Position numbers and translations under genes: made by a program. Shown here one piece after another: positions 49,127 through 60,068 of a stretch of DNA of 64,000 nt (the first letter of the stretch is position 1; each line of letters begins with the position of its first letter). Location: assembly GCA_963674965.2 (NCBI GenBank), contig CAXXFL010000006.1, forward strand, positions 480,001 to 544,000. The letters run 5' to 3'. Under the pieces are notes generated by a model. The model saw only the letters and a list, made by a program, of their open reading frames with translations, was not told the DNA's origin and did no database searches. This DNA is from a bacterium (GTDB lineage Bacteria > RBG-13-61-14 > DATKZS01).

Positions 49127-50868
49127 AAAAAGCGGCCATCCTTCTGGCGGTGCTTCTCGCTTTTGGGGCGGGTTGCAAAAAGCGCGGCAATGACAAGGGC
49201 TCGAACTCCGGTCCCGGAAAGGACGTAAGAACCGGGGAGACGGTTGAGACGAAAAAATCCGCCGGTTGCTCCGCGGTCGATCCCGGCGGCGTGACCTCGA
49301 TCCCCGCGCCGGCGGGAGAGGTCCCCGACGACGGCGACGCGCTGGTAAGAAGGCTGCCCGCCGAGCCCGGCACCCTTAACCCCCTGACCGCCACCGACGC
49401 CTACGAGCAGTCCATCAACTATCCCTTCGTGATCGAGACCCTGCTGGACCAGGACCTCGCGACGGGTGAGCTTAAGCCCCTTTTGGCCGAGAGCTGGGAC
49501 GTGTCTCCCGACAAGCTGACCTTTACCTTCCATCTCCGGAAGGACGTGAAATGGCACGACGGAAAACCGCTTACCGTTGACGACGTGGTGTTTACCTATG
49601 ACAAGCTCATGGACCCCAAGGTCGACGCGGCCTCATACCGGAGCTACTTCGGCGACATGGAGTCCTACGAGAAAATCGACGACTATACCTTCCTCGTGAA
49701 ATGGAAAAAGCCCTATTTCAAGTCCCTCGAGATGATCGGCGGAACGCCCGTCTTGCCCAAACACGCGCTCGACGACGGGACCGACTTCAACAAGCATCCC
49801 TATGGCCGGGCCCCTCTCGGCTCGGGTCCCTACGTGTTCGACAAATGGGAAACGGGCCAGCGCATAGTCCTGAAAAGGAACCCGAATTACTGGGGCAAAA
49901 AACCCCATTTCGACTCCGTGGTCTTTAAGATACTCACCAACGACGACGTGGCGCTTAGCCTCATGAAAAAAGGCGAACTGGACACTTTAGGCCTGTCGCC
50001 GCTGCAATGGGTATATCAGACGGGAACGTCCCAGTTCAACGAGAAGAACCATAAAATCCATTACCATTATCCCGGCTATTCTTATATCGGTTGGAACCTC
50101 AGGAAGCCCCTTTTCCAGGACAAGAGGGTAAGGAAAGCCCTTACCATGCTCCTTAACCGGGAGGCCATCCTGGAAAAAATCTATTATTGCCTCGGGTCCA
50201 TTCAGACCGGTCCCTACGACCAGACCGGAGACTTCGCCGACCCCGATATCAAGCCCTATCCGTTCGATCCCAAGGCGGCCGGAGCCCTTCTGGCCGAGGC
50301 GGGATGGACGGACGAGGACGGGGACGGAATATTGGACAAGGACGGTATGGCCTTCCGTTTCGAGATGTCCTTTACGGCCCAGCTTCCCGAGGTGGAAAAG
50401 GCCATGCGCATATACAAGGAGGACCTGAGGAAAGCCGGAATCGACATGGAGATACGGACCCTCGAGTGGGCCGTGTTCCTGCAAAACGTGCAGGAATGGA
50501 AGTTCGACGCCACGGCCCTTGGCTGGGCCCTCGCCTCCAATCCAGACTCCTATCAGCTCTGGCACTCGAGCCAGGCCGATATCAAGTCAAGCTCGAACCA
50601 CGTGGGTTTCAAGAGCGCCAGGGTGGACGAGTTGATCGAGCTTAACCGGGAGGAGTTCGACCGGAACAAAAGGATCGAGTACTGCCGGGAAATCCACCGG
50701 GTGCTGCATGAGGAGCAGCCATACACGTTCTTCATCTCCTCCGAGGCCCTGTCCGCCGTGGATAAAAGGATTCACAACGTGGTCCCCCATCCCATCCGGC
50801 CCATATTTCTTTACAACGAGTGGTACGTGCCCAAGGCCATGCAAAAAAGGAGCGCGGCCTCACTTTAA
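49123..50868 (+). CDS. Peptide ABC transporter substrate-binding lipoprotein (OppA/AppA family)
   Basis: GAGC lipobox, TLNP, PLLAESW, KWHDGKP, GSGPY, RVRKAL. Confidence 0.93.
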   Translation: MKKAAILLAVLLAFGAGCKKRGNDKGSNSGPGKDVRTGETVETKKSAGCSAVDPGGVTSIPAPAGEVPDDGDALVRRLPAEPGTLNPLTATDAYEQSINYPFVIETLLDQDLATGELKPLLAESWDVSPDKLTFTFHLRKDVKWHDGKPLTVDDVVFTYDKLMDPKVDAASYRSYFGDMESYEKIDDYTFLVKWKKPYFKSLEMIGGTPVLPKHALDDGTDFNKHPYGRAPLGSGPYVFDKWETGQRIVLKRNPNYWGKKPHFDSVVFKILTNDDVALSLMKKGELDTLGLSPLQWVYQTGTSQFNEKNHKIHYHYPGYSYIGWNLRKPLFQDKRVRKALTMLLNREAILEKIYYCLGSIQTGPYDQTGDFADPDIKPYPFDPKAAGALLAEAGWTDEDGDGILDKDGMAFRFEMSFTAQLPEVEKAMRIYKEDLRKAGIDMEIRTLEWAVFLQNVQEWKFDATALGWALASNPDSYQLWHSSQADIKSSSNHVGFKSARVDELIELNREEFDRNKRIEYCREIHRVLHEEQPYTFFISSEALSAVDKRIHNVVPHPIRPIFLYNEWYVPKAMQKRSAASL

Positions 50869-50869
50869 A

Positions 50870-53068
50870 ATGCGCGACTACGTGATAAAAAGGCTTCTCG
50901 CCATTATACCCACCATATTCGGGATCACCCTGATCACGTTCCTTATTATCAACCTGGCGCCGGGAAACCCGGCCGAGCTTAAAATCCGAAAGGCCCAGGG
51001 CGGAGAGCTCGATCCCCAGTTCGCCGCCGAGATCATCGAGCAGACCAGGAAGCTCTACGGTCTGGACAAGCCGCTGGGCCGGCGCTACCTGATCTGGGTG
51101 GGCCAGATACTGACCCTGGACTTCGGGGAGTCCTATAAGGACCACAGGCCCGTGACGGACAAGATACTCGAGCGCGTGCCCGTGTCCCTCCAGCTCTCCA
51201 TCATCAGCATTTTCCTGGTCTATCTTCTGGCCATACCAATCGGGGTATTCAGCGCGGTCAAGCAGGAAACCATGGCCGACCGGGCGCTCACGGTCTTTCT
51301 TTTCATCTTGTACAGTCTGCCCAACTTCTGGGTGGCCATGATGCTGATTACCTTCCTCGGGGGCGGTGACTTCCTGGACCTCTTCCCCATTTACGGGCTT
51401 TCCAGCGACGGGGCCGAGGCCCTGCCCTTGCTCGGCCGACTCCTCGACCGCGCTCACCACCTCGTGCTGCCCGTGGCCTGCCTGACTTACGGCGGGCTGG
51501 CCTACATCAGCCGCCAGATGCGCGGCTCCATGCTCGAGGTCATCAGGCAGGACTACGTGCGCACGGCCCGGGCCAAGGGCCTTTCGGAAAAAGTGGTGGT
51601 CGGCAAGCACGCCTTTCGCAACTCTCTCATACCCATCGTCACGCTGCTGGCGGTGCTGTTCCCTGCCCTGATCGGGGGATCGGTCATCATCGAGGAAATC
51701 TTTTCCATCCCCGGCATGGGCAAGATGAGCTTCGAGGCCATCCTGTCCCGCGACTATCCCGTCATCATGGGCGTCATTACGGTTTCCTCCATTTTGACGC
51801 TCATCGGGATACTGGTGGCCGACCTCGTCTACACCCTGGTCGACCCCAGGATAGACTTCTCCGGCGCCCCCGTCATGATCAAGCCGAAAAGCTTCCTCAT
51901 CGGATTGGCCGTTGTCGCGACCATTGTCCTGGCCGCCCTCTGGGCCCCAACGGCCGAGGTGGGACTGGGGTCCCTTATCCTCCTCCACGGAAAAAAGGCG
52001 GCCCTTATAATCCTGGCCGCCTCCGCCGCCATAGTGGCCTATTCTCTTATCGGAGACAGGGGCTACTGGGCCTCCGTGTTCAGGCAGTTTCGGCGGGGCA
52101 AGGTCGCCATGGTCTCCCTTGGCGGAGTGCTGGCGCTCTTCCTGGTAGCGGCCCTGGCTCCCCTTTTGGCCAACGACAAGCCCCTGGTGATGAAGGTGGG
52201 CGGCGAATATTACTTCCCCGCCTTTCGCGACTACCTTCCCGAGAGGTCCCGCCATTACCGGGAGTTCGGCAATCGGGACATAGGCGAGATGGCCTCGGCC
52301 CTCGAGGGCGACGACTACGCCCTGTTTCCGCCCGTGGCCTGGGGACCATATCAGAACGACCTTGACGGCGTGCTGCAAGGCCCAAGTTCAAGGCACTTCC
52401 TCGGCGCCGACGGATCGGGAAGGGACGTCCTGGCCCGCATGATCCACGGCTCTCGCATAGCTTTGTCCGTGGGATTCGTGGCCGTGGGACTTTACGTTTT
52501 TATCGGGGTGGTCTTCGGGTCCCTGGCCGGATACTACGGGGGCTGGGTGGACGTCATCATCTCGCGTCTCATCGAGGTGATGATGTGCATCCCCACCTTC
52601 TTCCTTATCATCTCGGTGGTGGCTTTCCTCGATCCCAGCATCTATAACGTCATGGCCGCCATCGGTCTGGTGGGATGGACGGGCACGGCGCGGCTGGTGC
52701 GGGGCGAGTTCCTCAAGGTGAGGAACATGGAGTTCGTCGAGGCCTCGCGGGCCCTGGGCGCGAGGGACCCGCGCGTTATCTTCCGCCACGTGTTGCCCAA
52801 CGCCCTTACGCCCGTCCTGGTCATCGCCACCTTCGGCGTGGCCGACGCCATCCTGGTCGAGTCGTCCCTCAGCTTCCTGGGTTTCGGCGTCCAGCCGCCC
52901 ACCGCCAGTTGGGGGGACATTCTCAGCAAGGCCAGAAGTTATTACAACGTGGCCTGGTGGATTACGCTTTTTCCGGGCCTGGCCATCTTCTTCACCATCA
53001 CCACACTGAACCTGGTGGGGGAAGGATTGAGGGACGCTATTGACCCGAGACTCAAAGATAAAAGATAA
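50870..53068 (+). CDS. Fused OppB-OppC peptide ABC permease
   Basis: OppB half (YVIKRLL, DFGES, TARAKG, LVDPRI) in frame with OppC half (LGADGSGRD, EASRALG, GEGLRDAIDPR). Confidence 0.9.
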   Translation: MRDYVIKRLLAIIPTIFGITLITFLIINLAPGNPAELKIRKAQGGELDPQFAAEIIEQTRKLYGLDKPLGRRYLIWVGQILTLDFGESYKDHRPVTDKILERVPVSLQLSIISIFLVYLLAIPIGVFSAVKQETMADRALTVFLFILYSLPNFWVAMMLITFLGGGDFLDLFPIYGLSSDGAEALPLLGRLLDRAHHLVLPVACLTYGGLAYISRQMRGSMLEVIRQDYVRTARAKGLSEKVVVGKHAFRNSLIPIVTLLAVLFPALIGGSVIIEEIFSIPGMGKMSFEAILSRDYPVIMGVITVSSILTLIGILVADLVYTLVDPRIDFSGAPVMIKPKSFLIGLAVVATIVLAALWAPTAEVGLGSLILLHGKKAALIILAASAAIVAYSLIGDRGYWASVFRQFRRGKVAMVSLGGVLALFLVAALAPLLANDKPLVMKVGGEYYFPAFRDYLPERSRHYREFGNRDIGEMASALEGDDYALFPPVAWGPYQNDLDGVLQGPSSRHFLGADGSGRDVLARMIHGSRIALSVGFVAVGLYVFIGVVFGSLAGYYGGWVDVIISRLIEVMMCIPTFFLIISVVAFLDPSIYNVMAAIGLVGWTGTARLVRGEFLKVRNMEFVEASRALGARDPRVIFRHVLPNALTPVLVIATFGVADAILVESSLSFLGFGVQPPTASWGDILSKARSYYNVAWWITLFPGLAIFFTITTLNLVGEGLRDAIDPRLKDKR

Positions 53069-53179
53069 TGGAGGACGTCCAATTAATGGCGACCGACGGG
53101 CGGCCGCGTGCTAGAATAAAAAAGGCGAGATATCGATCGATATCATCGCGGCCGGGACAGGGCACAAGGAGGAGTTCCC

Positions 53180-54304
53180 ATGGCGGACGATAAAGACAAA
53201 TTTGGCGAAGACTCGGCTTGGGCGCCGCCCGAGGTCGGACCGGACGAAACGTCCGACGAGATGGACATTATCAAGTCCGTCTTCTCCGCCGACGCGGAAG
53301 AGGAGTCCGCGGGCGGAGGCGTTTTCAGCCAGGACCTGTTCGGCGGCTCCGATCAGTCCGCTCCCGCCGGGGCGGACGAGTCGGCCCAGGAGATCGAGCC
53401 CATCATGACCGAGCCTTCTCCTCCCGAGGAAGCCGAGTCCGAGCCGTGCGCGGCTACGGAGGCCTCCGCTTCCCCCGAGGACGAAGTCGAGGAACCGGCC
53501 GATGAAGCCCCGCCGGAAAAGCAGGCCGCGGAGGCCGGCCCGGCCGAGGGCGTCAAGATCGTGACCGACGACGACCTGCGCGCCCTCTTCGAGGCCAGCT
53601 CTCCAGGCGCTCCGCGCCCTCCCGAGTCTCCTCTCCCCGAGGCCGCGGAAGAGATGGAAGACGAGATGGAAGGCGAGGCCGAGGAAAGCGCGCCTTCCCC
53701 CGAGCCACCAGCCGAGCCGGAGCCGGCGGAGCCTGAAGAGGTGGAAGAGCCCGAGTTTTCCGCTCCCGCCATGGCGCCCGTGGCGGCCGACGTCGAGGAG
53801 TTGGGTTTCGACATGGACGACTCCTCGTCGGGACAACTGGACGAGCCTCCCCCCCCGGCCGAGACCCGGGATGAGATGGATGAAATGGAAGAGGCGGTAC
53901 CCGAGGACGAGATAACCGAGGTATACGAGGAGGAGGAGCCTCCCCCGCCCGAGGAAACCTCCATCGAGGAGACCAAAGCCGAGGAAGATGACGAACAAGG
54001 ACCTCCGGCCGACTCCCCCAGCGTAAGCGATATATCGCCGGACGAGATAGTGGACAACCTCGAGTCCATGGCCCAGGTCGGCGAGATGACCGCCGTGGCC
54101 GCGGGCAAAAAGGGAGAGCTGCTGGACAAGACCAAGGACCTTATTACCAGGCTGGCCCCCGCCGGTGACGACTTCATGAGCGTGGCCGAGCTTAAAAAGC
54201 TCTTCGAGAACATGAACGTCATCATCGAGTGGGCCAAGGAGATGAACGAGCGTCTGGAGGCGATCGAGGAGCGCCTGTCCCGGGCGGAGGGGAAGGAAGA
54301 TTGA
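53180..54304 (+). CDS. Acidic Pro/Glu/Asp-rich disordered protein with C-terminal helical/coiled-coil domain
   Basis: AAGGAGGAG RBS; low-complexity body; [12 protein letters not shown] tail; TGA overlaps the next ATG. Confidence 0.8.
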   Translation: MADDKDKFGEDSAWAPPEVGPDETSDEMDIIKSVFSADAEEESAGGGVFSQDLFGGSDQSAPAGADESAQEIEPIMTEPSPPEEAESEPCAATEASASPEDEVEEPADEAPPEKQAAEAGPAEGVKIVTDDDLRALFEASSPGAPRPPESPLPEAAEEMEDEMEGEAEESAPSPEPPAEPEPAEPEEVEEPEFSAPAMAPVAADVEELGFDMDDSSSGQLDEPPPPAETRDEMDEMEEAVPEDEITEVYEEEEPPPPEETSIEETKAEEDDEQGPPADSPSVSDISPDEIVDNLESMAQVGEMTAVAAGKKGELLDKTKDLITRLAPAGDDFMSVAELKKLFENMNVIIEWAKEMNERLEAIEERLSRAEGKED

Positions 54305-55320
54305 TGGCCGAGACGGCGAAAAAGCCCGAGGCGTCCTCATCCCCCCTCCTCGAGGTCGAGGACCTGGTGACGGAGTTCCGGACGGAGGAAGGCCTTCTCC
54401 GGGCGGTGGACGGCGTCTCGATCCGGATCGGCCGGGGAGGCAAGGTCGGGGTTATCGGCGAATCGGGCTGCGGCAAGAGCGTCACGGCCCTGTCCGTTCT
54501 TCGGCTGATCCCCGATCCTCCGGGCATGATCAGCTCGGGCCGTATCAGCTTCGACGGTCTCGATCTTCTTGGCCTTCCGCTCTCCAGGATGCGCTCGATC
54601 CGGGGCAACAGAATATCCATGATTTTCCAGGAGCCCATGAGTTCGCTCAACCCGGTTTTCACGGTGGGGGACCAGATCGGTGAGGCGATCCGTCTCCACC
54701 AGGGGAAGAGCCGCAAGGAGGCGCTCGAGCTTTCCATCGAGCTTCTGGGCAAGGTCGGCATCCCCGACCCGGAGCGGAGGGTCAAGGACTACCCGGGCAT
54801 GCTCTCGGGCGGCATGTGCCAGCGGGTCATGATCGCCATGGCCCTTAGCTGCCATCCCGAGCTTCTCATGGCGGACGAGCCCACCACGGCCCTGGACGTG
54901 ACCATCCAGGCGCAGATACTCGAGCTGATGCAGGAGTTGGTGGACGAGATGGACATGAGCCTCATGCTTATCACCCACGACCTGGGCGTGGTGGCCGAGA
55001 CGGTGGACTACGTGTACGTCATGTACACCGGCAAGGTGGTCGAGCAAACCGACGTCCGCTCGATTTTCCGCGAGCCTCTCCATCCTTACACCAGGGGACT
55101 CCTGGCGGGCCTGCCCGGAGCGGCGGGCGCCCCTTCCCAAAAGGGGGAGGCGAAAAGACGGCTCCGAGCCATTCCCGGCGTGGTCCCCAGTCCCCTTCAC
55201 CTGCCTGAAGGTTGCCCTTTCCAGGAACGGTGCGGACTAAGAAAGCCCCATTGCTCGGAGTCCATGCCCGAGCTCGAGGAGAAAAAACCCGGCCGGTTCG
55301 TCAGGTGTTTTGAAGTATAG
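54304..55320 (+). CDS. oppD: Peptide ABC ATP-binding protein (OppD/DppD-like)
   Basis: [35 protein letters not shown], four-Cys C-terminal domain. Confidence 0.92.
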   Translation: MAETAKKPEASSSPLLEVEDLVTEFRTEEGLLRAVDGVSIRIGRGGKVGVIGESGCGKSVTALSVLRLIPDPPGMISSGRISFDGLDLLGLPLSRMRSIRGNRISMIFQEPMSSLNPVFTVGDQIGEAIRLHQGKSRKEALELSIELLGKVGIPDPERRVKDYPGMLSGGMCQRVMIAMALSCHPELLMADEPTTALDVTIQAQILELMQELVDEMDMSLMLITHDLGVVAETVDYVYVMYTGKVVEQTDVRSIFREPLHPYTRGLLAGLPGAAGAPSQKGEAKRRLRAIPGVVPSPLHLPEGCPFQERCGLRKPHCSESMPELEEKKPGRFVRCFEV

Positions 55321-55337
55321 GAAATAATGCCCGCGCC

Positions 55338-57656
55338 TTAAGCCGTGCCGGAAGCAGCCGGTGAATTTTTGTCTCCATCCAGCGCCTCTCTTACTTTCCT
55401 GGACAGGGACTCGATGGTGAAGGGTTTTTGCAGGAGATGCACTCCCTCCTCGACCACCCCCAATTGCCCGATCACGTCGTCCGTATAGCCGGACATATAC
55501 AAAGATTTAAGGCCGGGAAAAGACTCTTTCAGCCTGACAATCAATTCGCTCCCGTTCATGTTGGGCATGATAACGTCGGTCAGGACCAGGTCGACCTTTC
55601 CGGCGTACCCCTTGGCCTTGAGCAGGGCGTCCTCCCCGTCCACCGCCTCGATCACCCCGTATCCCCTCATGGTCAGCATGCGCCTGGCCAGGGTCCGGAC
55701 CGCCCGGTCGTCCTCAACCAGCAGTATCGTCTCGTTTCCATCGGGGATTTCCTTTGCCAACTTTATGGTGGACTTTCTCGGCTCGGGCCGAGCCGCGGGG
55801 AAATAGATTTTAAAGGTCGTTCCAGCTCCGGGCTCGGAATCGACCTCGATAAATCCTCCGTTCTGCTTGGTGACCCCGTAGACGGTGGACAGCCCCAGTC
55901 CCGTTCCCTTTCCCATGGGCTTGGTGGAGAAGAAGGGCTCGAATATCCTTTGCCTGACCTCGGCGTCCATGCCCTGTCCGTTGTCGCTGACGGCTAGAAG
56001 AACGTAGTTCCCCGGGCCGGCTTCCTTGCCGGAGGCGAATTCCTCCGCGATTGAAGCGTTCATGGTCTCGATCACGAGCTTGCCGCCCTCGGGCATGGCG
56101 TCCCGGGCGTTGACCGCCAGGTTGACCAGTATCTGATCGATTTGTGCCGGGTCGGCCATGATTGCCCAAAGCGACTCCGCGGGCTTGAACTCGAGCCTTA
56201 CGTCCTCCCCTATGATCCTCTCGAGCATTTTCCTCGAAACCTCGAGCGACTCGTCGATCCTTATCAAGCGGGGCGATATTATCTGCTTCCTGCTGAAGGC
56301 GAGAAGCTGGTTGGTCAGACCGACCGCCCTTTCACCGGCCTTCCTGATTTCCTGGACGTCGGCGTAGAGGGGGTCGTCGGGCTTCAAGGCGGCCAGGGCC
56401 ATCTCGGAGTAGCCCGTTATTCCGGTGAGTATGTTATTGAAGTCGTGGGCCACGCCTCCCGCCAGGCGGCCGATGGCCTCCATCTTCTGGGACTGGATGA
56501 GCTGTTCCTCGAGGGACGCCCTCTCCTCCTCGGCTCGAATCCGCTCGGTCACGTCGCGGGTGACCCCCAGAATACCAGTTGCCTTTCCATCCTGGCCGTG
56601 AAGCATGGTCATGGTGACCTCGGCCCAGATGGTATGGCCGTCCTTATGGTACTGTTCCATGGTGAGGGTAACGGGCCGGTTCGGCTCTCTCAGGCCCTCC
56701 TCCTCCAGCTTCATCTCCCGCTCGAAAGCCTCCATGACCAGGCCAAAAGACTCGGGCGTCAGCATGTCCCGGGGCGTCTGGGACATGTGCTCCTTTACCG
56801 TGTAGCCTCTGAGCGCGAGGCATGAGGGACTGATATAGGTGAAATTGAGCCCGAGGTCCATTGTCCAGATCACGTCGGAGGCGTTCTCGGCCAGGCGGCG
56901 ATACCTCTCCTCGCTGTCGCGCAGGGCCAGCTCCGACTCCTTGCGCTCGGTGATGTTCCGGACGATGGCCAGTATGCGTTCACGGCCGCCTATGGCCGCC
57001 ATCTTGAGGTTGACCTCGCCCCAGAAGGCGTTCCCCTCCCGATCCTTGCAGCGCCACTCGAAGATTTGAGGCTCGCCCGCGGCCGCCTTCAGGATCAACT
57101 CGACCGCCCGCGTCTGATTGAAGGGAGGCCGGCCCTCGCTTAGGTCCTCGACCTTCATCTGGGTAGCTTCATCCCTCGTGCACTTGAACATATCGCACAT
57201 GCTTTGGTTCACGTCCAGGATGTCGCCCGTTTCCATATCGTGGATGAAGATGGCGTCGTTAACCGAATTGAAAATGGAGTAATAGGAGTCGCTGAACTCG
57301 ACGGCCGAGCCATCCGTCTCGCGCGCGGGCTTTATCGTCACCAGGCGCCCGCCTGGGCCGGGAGCGGAGTCAAGGGGTGAGGCCGTCAGACGGCGGGAAA
57401 AGTCGCGGCCGGCAAAGCGAAAAACGACGTTTCCTTTCCACTTGCCCTTGGATTCGACAATCTCTCGCCATATGGACGGGTCTAAGAAAAATCTCGAAAT
57501 ATCCAGGCCCGCCGCATGGTCCTCCTCGCCCAGCCCAAGCGCGTCGAGAGCGGCCCCGTTAATACATATCAAGCGGCCGCCGGGGCCGATGACCATCGCC
57601 GCGTCGTCCAGCGCGTTTAAGAGAGATTGTATAACGCGAAAAGAGCCGGTTTCCAT
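55338..57656 (-). CDS. Multi-PAS hybrid histidine kinase with receiver
   Basis: PAS domains, AHDFNN H-box, NARDAM, DNGQGM, FFSTK, GTGLGL, LTDVIMP. Confidence 0.95.
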   Translation of the reverse strand: METGSFRVIQSLLNALDDAAMVIGPGGRLICINGAALDALGLGEEDHAAGLDISRFFLDPSIWREIVESKGKWKGNVVFRFAGRDFSRRLTASPLDSAPGPGGRLVTIKPARETDGSAVEFSDSYYSIFNSVNDAIFIHDMETGDILDVNQSMCDMFKCTRDEATQMKVEDLSEGRPPFNQTRAVELILKAAAGEPQIFEWRCKDREGNAFWGEVNLKMAAIGGRERILAIVRNITERKESELALRDSEERYRRLAENASDVIWTMDLGLNFTYISPSCLALRGYTVKEHMSQTPRDMLTPESFGLVMEAFEREMKLEEEGLREPNRPVTLTMEQYHKDGHTIWAEVTMTMLHGQDGKATGILGVTRDVTERIRAEEERASLEEQLIQSQKMEAIGRLAGGVAHDFNNILTGITGYSEMALAALKPDDPLYADVQEIRKAGERAVGLTNQLLAFSRKQIISPRLIRIDESLEVSRKMLERIIGEDVRLEFKPAESLWAIMADPAQIDQILVNLAVNARDAMPEGGKLVIETMNASIAEEFASGKEAGPGNYVLLAVSDNGQGMDAEVRQRIFEPFFSTKPMGKGTGLGLSTVYGVTKQNGGFIEVDSEPGAGTTFKIYFPAARPEPRKSTIKLAKEIPDGNETILLVEDDRAVRTLARRMLTMRGYGVIEAVDGEDALLKAKGYAGKVDLVLTDVIMPNMNGSELIVRLKESFPGLKSLYMSGYTDDVIGQLGVVEEGVHLLQKPFTIESLSRKVREALDGDKNSPAASGTA

Positions 57657-57896
57657 GAGGGCGTCCCTTTAAGTTCGCCAATATAATCGACGAGGAAGAT
57701 ACTCCCGCCTCGCGGGCGTGGATGTGATACTCGATGGGCGGACTTGGCGGGTAAAGGCCTCGAGGACGCTCCCCATTCCTCCATCCAAGGAGCAAGACGC
57801 CGGGCCAAGGCTCGGACGGCTTCATCTTTTAAGGTAGCATCGATAACCCGAGGCGCAAAGGAGATTTATTCGCGGTAATTGTTCTTGCGTCGGCGG

Positions 57897-58940
57897 TCAT
57901 GGCCGCAACGGCGGCGATAAAAGTCCCTCAGTCTCGGGAAGTCCCAGCATGAGGTTCATGTTCTGGACGGCCGCTCCCGAGGCGCCTTTCACCAGGTTGT
58001 CGATGGCCGTGACCACGATGGCCTCCTTGCCGTCGGGCGACGCGGTGACGGCCAGGTCCACGAAGTTGGTCCCCCTCACGCGGGAGACGCAAGGCAGGTC
58101 TCCCACCGGGAGCACCCGTACGAAGGGCTCGTCCAGGTAGGCCTCGGCCAGGACTTCCCGGAGGGCGGAGCTCGATAGTTTTTTCGTCAGGGCCAGATAG
58201 ATGGTCCCCAGTATGCCCCGGTTCATGGGGGCCAGGTGGGGGCTGAAGGTCACGCTCGCCTTCTTGCCCAGGGCGGCGGAAAGCTCCTGCTCCATCTCGG
58301 GACCGTGGCGGTGAGCGTAAAGGTTATAGGCGCGAAAGGCCTCGTTGACCTCGCAAAAGGAAAGGGCCAGCGTGCCCTTCCGGCCCGCGCCGGAAACTCC
58401 GGACTTCATGTCCGCGATGATCCGGCCGGGGCCGGCGACCCCCGCGGACAAAAGCGGCGCTACCCCGAGGATGACGCCGGTGGGATAACATCCAGGGTTC
58501 GCCACCAGTTGGGCCTTTTTGATTTTTTCCCTGTATAGCTCGGGCAGGCCGTAAACGGCCTTTTTTAAAAGGTCTCCCCTCGAGTGCGGCCCGTACCATT
58601 TTTCATAAACCTTCTTCACCCTCAGGCGGAAGTCGGCGGAAAGGTCCACCGCCTTCACGCCCAGGTCGTGGGCCTTGCCCACGGCTTCCATGCTCTCGGC
58701 GTGGGGCAGGCAGAAAAAGGCCAGGTCCACGCTCCTCAGCCTGGCGGGATCGTACTGAGTGAGCGTGGGCAGATCGTATCCTTTGAAGCTGGGAAACAGG
58801 TCCGCGTAGGCCTCGCCGGTGTTTTGCCGCGAGGTCATGATAGAAATCCTGGCCGACGGATGAACGGCCAGTATCCGCGTCAGTTCCTGTCCGGTGTATC
58901 CCGTGGCGCCCACTATGGCCAGTTTTTTCTTCTCGCCCAT
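57897..58940 (-). CDS. argC: N-acetyl-gamma-glutamyl-phosphate reductase
   Basis: GATGYTG, DLSADFR, ANPGCY, SGVSGAG, HRH.PE, DNLVKGASG.AVQNMN. Confidence 0.97.
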   Translation of the reverse strand: MGEKKKLAIVGATGYTGQELTRILAVHPSARISIMTSRQNTGEAYADLFPSFKGYDLPTLTQYDPARLRSVDLAFFCLPHAESMEAVGKAHDLGVKAVDLSADFRLRVKKVYEKWYGPHSRGDLLKKAVYGLPELYREKIKKAQLVANPGCYPTGVILGVAPLLSAGVAGPGRIIADMKSGVSGAGRKGTLALSFCEVNEAFRAYNLYAHRHGPEMEQELSAALGKKASVTFSPHLAPMNRGILGTIYLALTKKLSSSALREVLAEAYLDEPFVRVLPVGDLPCVSRVRGTNFVDLAVTASPDGKEAIVVTAIDNLVKGASGAAVQNMNLMLGLPETEGLLSPPLRP

Positions 58941-58959
58941 TTATCTCTCCAGGCTAAGC

Positions 58960-58985
58960 GGCGCCGCCGGCAAGCCGGCGACGCC
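58960..58985. terminator. GC-rich hairpin between the LITAF-like gene and argC
   Basis: GGCGCCGCCGGC-AA-GCCGGCGACGCC; no clear U-tract. Confidence 0.3.
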
Positions 58986-59030
58986 TTGGTCTATCGATTC
59001 CGGGTCGGATACCTCCGTCCCTTTTTCATC

Positions 59031-59624
59031 TCACGCCCTTGGTATGACGTATCCGCAGTAGTCGCACTTCCAGTAGGTTTTTCCCACTCTCATGTAGACC
59101 ACTCCCAGGACGGCGGCGGCGGCGGCGGGTATAAACAGGGTCCAAATCCAGAGTCCGGCGACGGCCAGGACCGCTCCCAGCCCGAGCAGCGCGAAGGGCC
59201 AGGCCCTCGAGTAGGGCATGGACCTTTGCACCTCCATCGCGCCTCCGCACTGGACGCAACGGATGGACCTCGCCTTCTCACCCCGCGTCCCGTATTCCTC
59301 CCGCGTCTCCTCCCCATCATCCGAAACCACCGTGACCAAGGGAGCCTGGATCTCCTGCCTGCGGCGCTGATCTTGCTTTAATTGCTCGGATTCCTGGCCC
59401 TCGTTCTTCTTTCTCCTCCCCCTTGGCTCGATCTCCTCGCGTTTTGGGGCCTTTTGAGACCTCTCCAGCATCCTGGATTTCAATCTCTCCGCGGCCGAGG
59501 TCTGGCTGACGTCCTCCGCCAGGACCACCCTCGACCTGGGTTCCATGGTTTTAAGGTCGATCTCGCACCGGCGGCATACCTGCTCGCCGGGGGGATGGAC
59601 CAGGTTGCATCGCGGGCAGTTCAT
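59031..59624 (-). CDS. Zinc-ribbon protein with LITAF-like C-terminal domain
   Basis: N-terminal CPRC..CRRC; C-terminal CVQC-hydrophobic hairpin-CDYC. Confidence 0.7.
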   Translation of the reverse strand: MNCPRCNLVHPPGEQVCRRCEIDLKTMEPRSRVVLAEDVSQTSAAERLKSRMLERSQKAPKREEIEPRGRRKKNEGQESEQLKQDQRRRQEIQAPLVTVVSDDGEETREEYGTRGEKARSIRCVQCGGAMEVQRSMPYSRAWPFALLGLGAVLAVAGLWIWTLFIPAAAAAVLGVVYMRVGKTYWKCDYCGYVIPRA

Positions 59625-59633
59625 GCGCCTTGG

Positions 59634-59993
59634 TTACTCCCCGCCCTTGTTTCTGGCGTTGGCCTGCCAGAGCGAGTCGATAAGGTCCCTGTCCTCGTCG
59701 GACAGCGCGTCGAACTCGATGCCCATGCCCGCGGGTTCCTGCTCGTCCTCACCGGGAAAGATGACCCGAGCGACCTGGCCCGTGGTCTTGAAGGGTTTAT
59801 CCAGTCCGGGTATCTCGAACTCGATCTCGACCCTCGAGCCCCTGGCCAGGGGACGCCTGGTCTTGATGAACATGCCCCCGTGACTGACGTTCAGGGCGTA
59901 GTCGTAGAAAAAAGCGTCCAGGCTGTGGTACTTGACCTGCATGGAGATGGGCTTTCTCTCGTGCCTCCTGCGCTCCCTGCCAGAATATTTCAT
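59634..59993 (-). CDS. PilZ-domain protein (TIGR02266-like)
   Basis: RRRHER (RxxxR), NVSHGG (NxSxxG), PAGMGIEF. Confidence 0.88.
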   Translation of the reverse strand: MKYSGRERRRHERKPISMQVKYHSLDAFFYDYALNVSHGGMFIKTRRPLARGSRVEIEFEIPGLDKPFKTTGQVARVIFPGEDEQEPAGMGIEFDALSDEDRDLIDSLWQANARNKGGE

Positions 59994-60068
59994 GCAACTT
60001 CTCCTTTTTCCACGTCTCCGACCGTCGATGAACGGCCGCGGGCCAAAACCAGCGGCCGAGTCCGCTTA

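Noticed and set aside
57660-57890. Possible structured RNA upstream of the hybrid kinase
   Set aside because: No recognisable riboswitch or ncRNA motif by eye; an Rfam scan would be needed.
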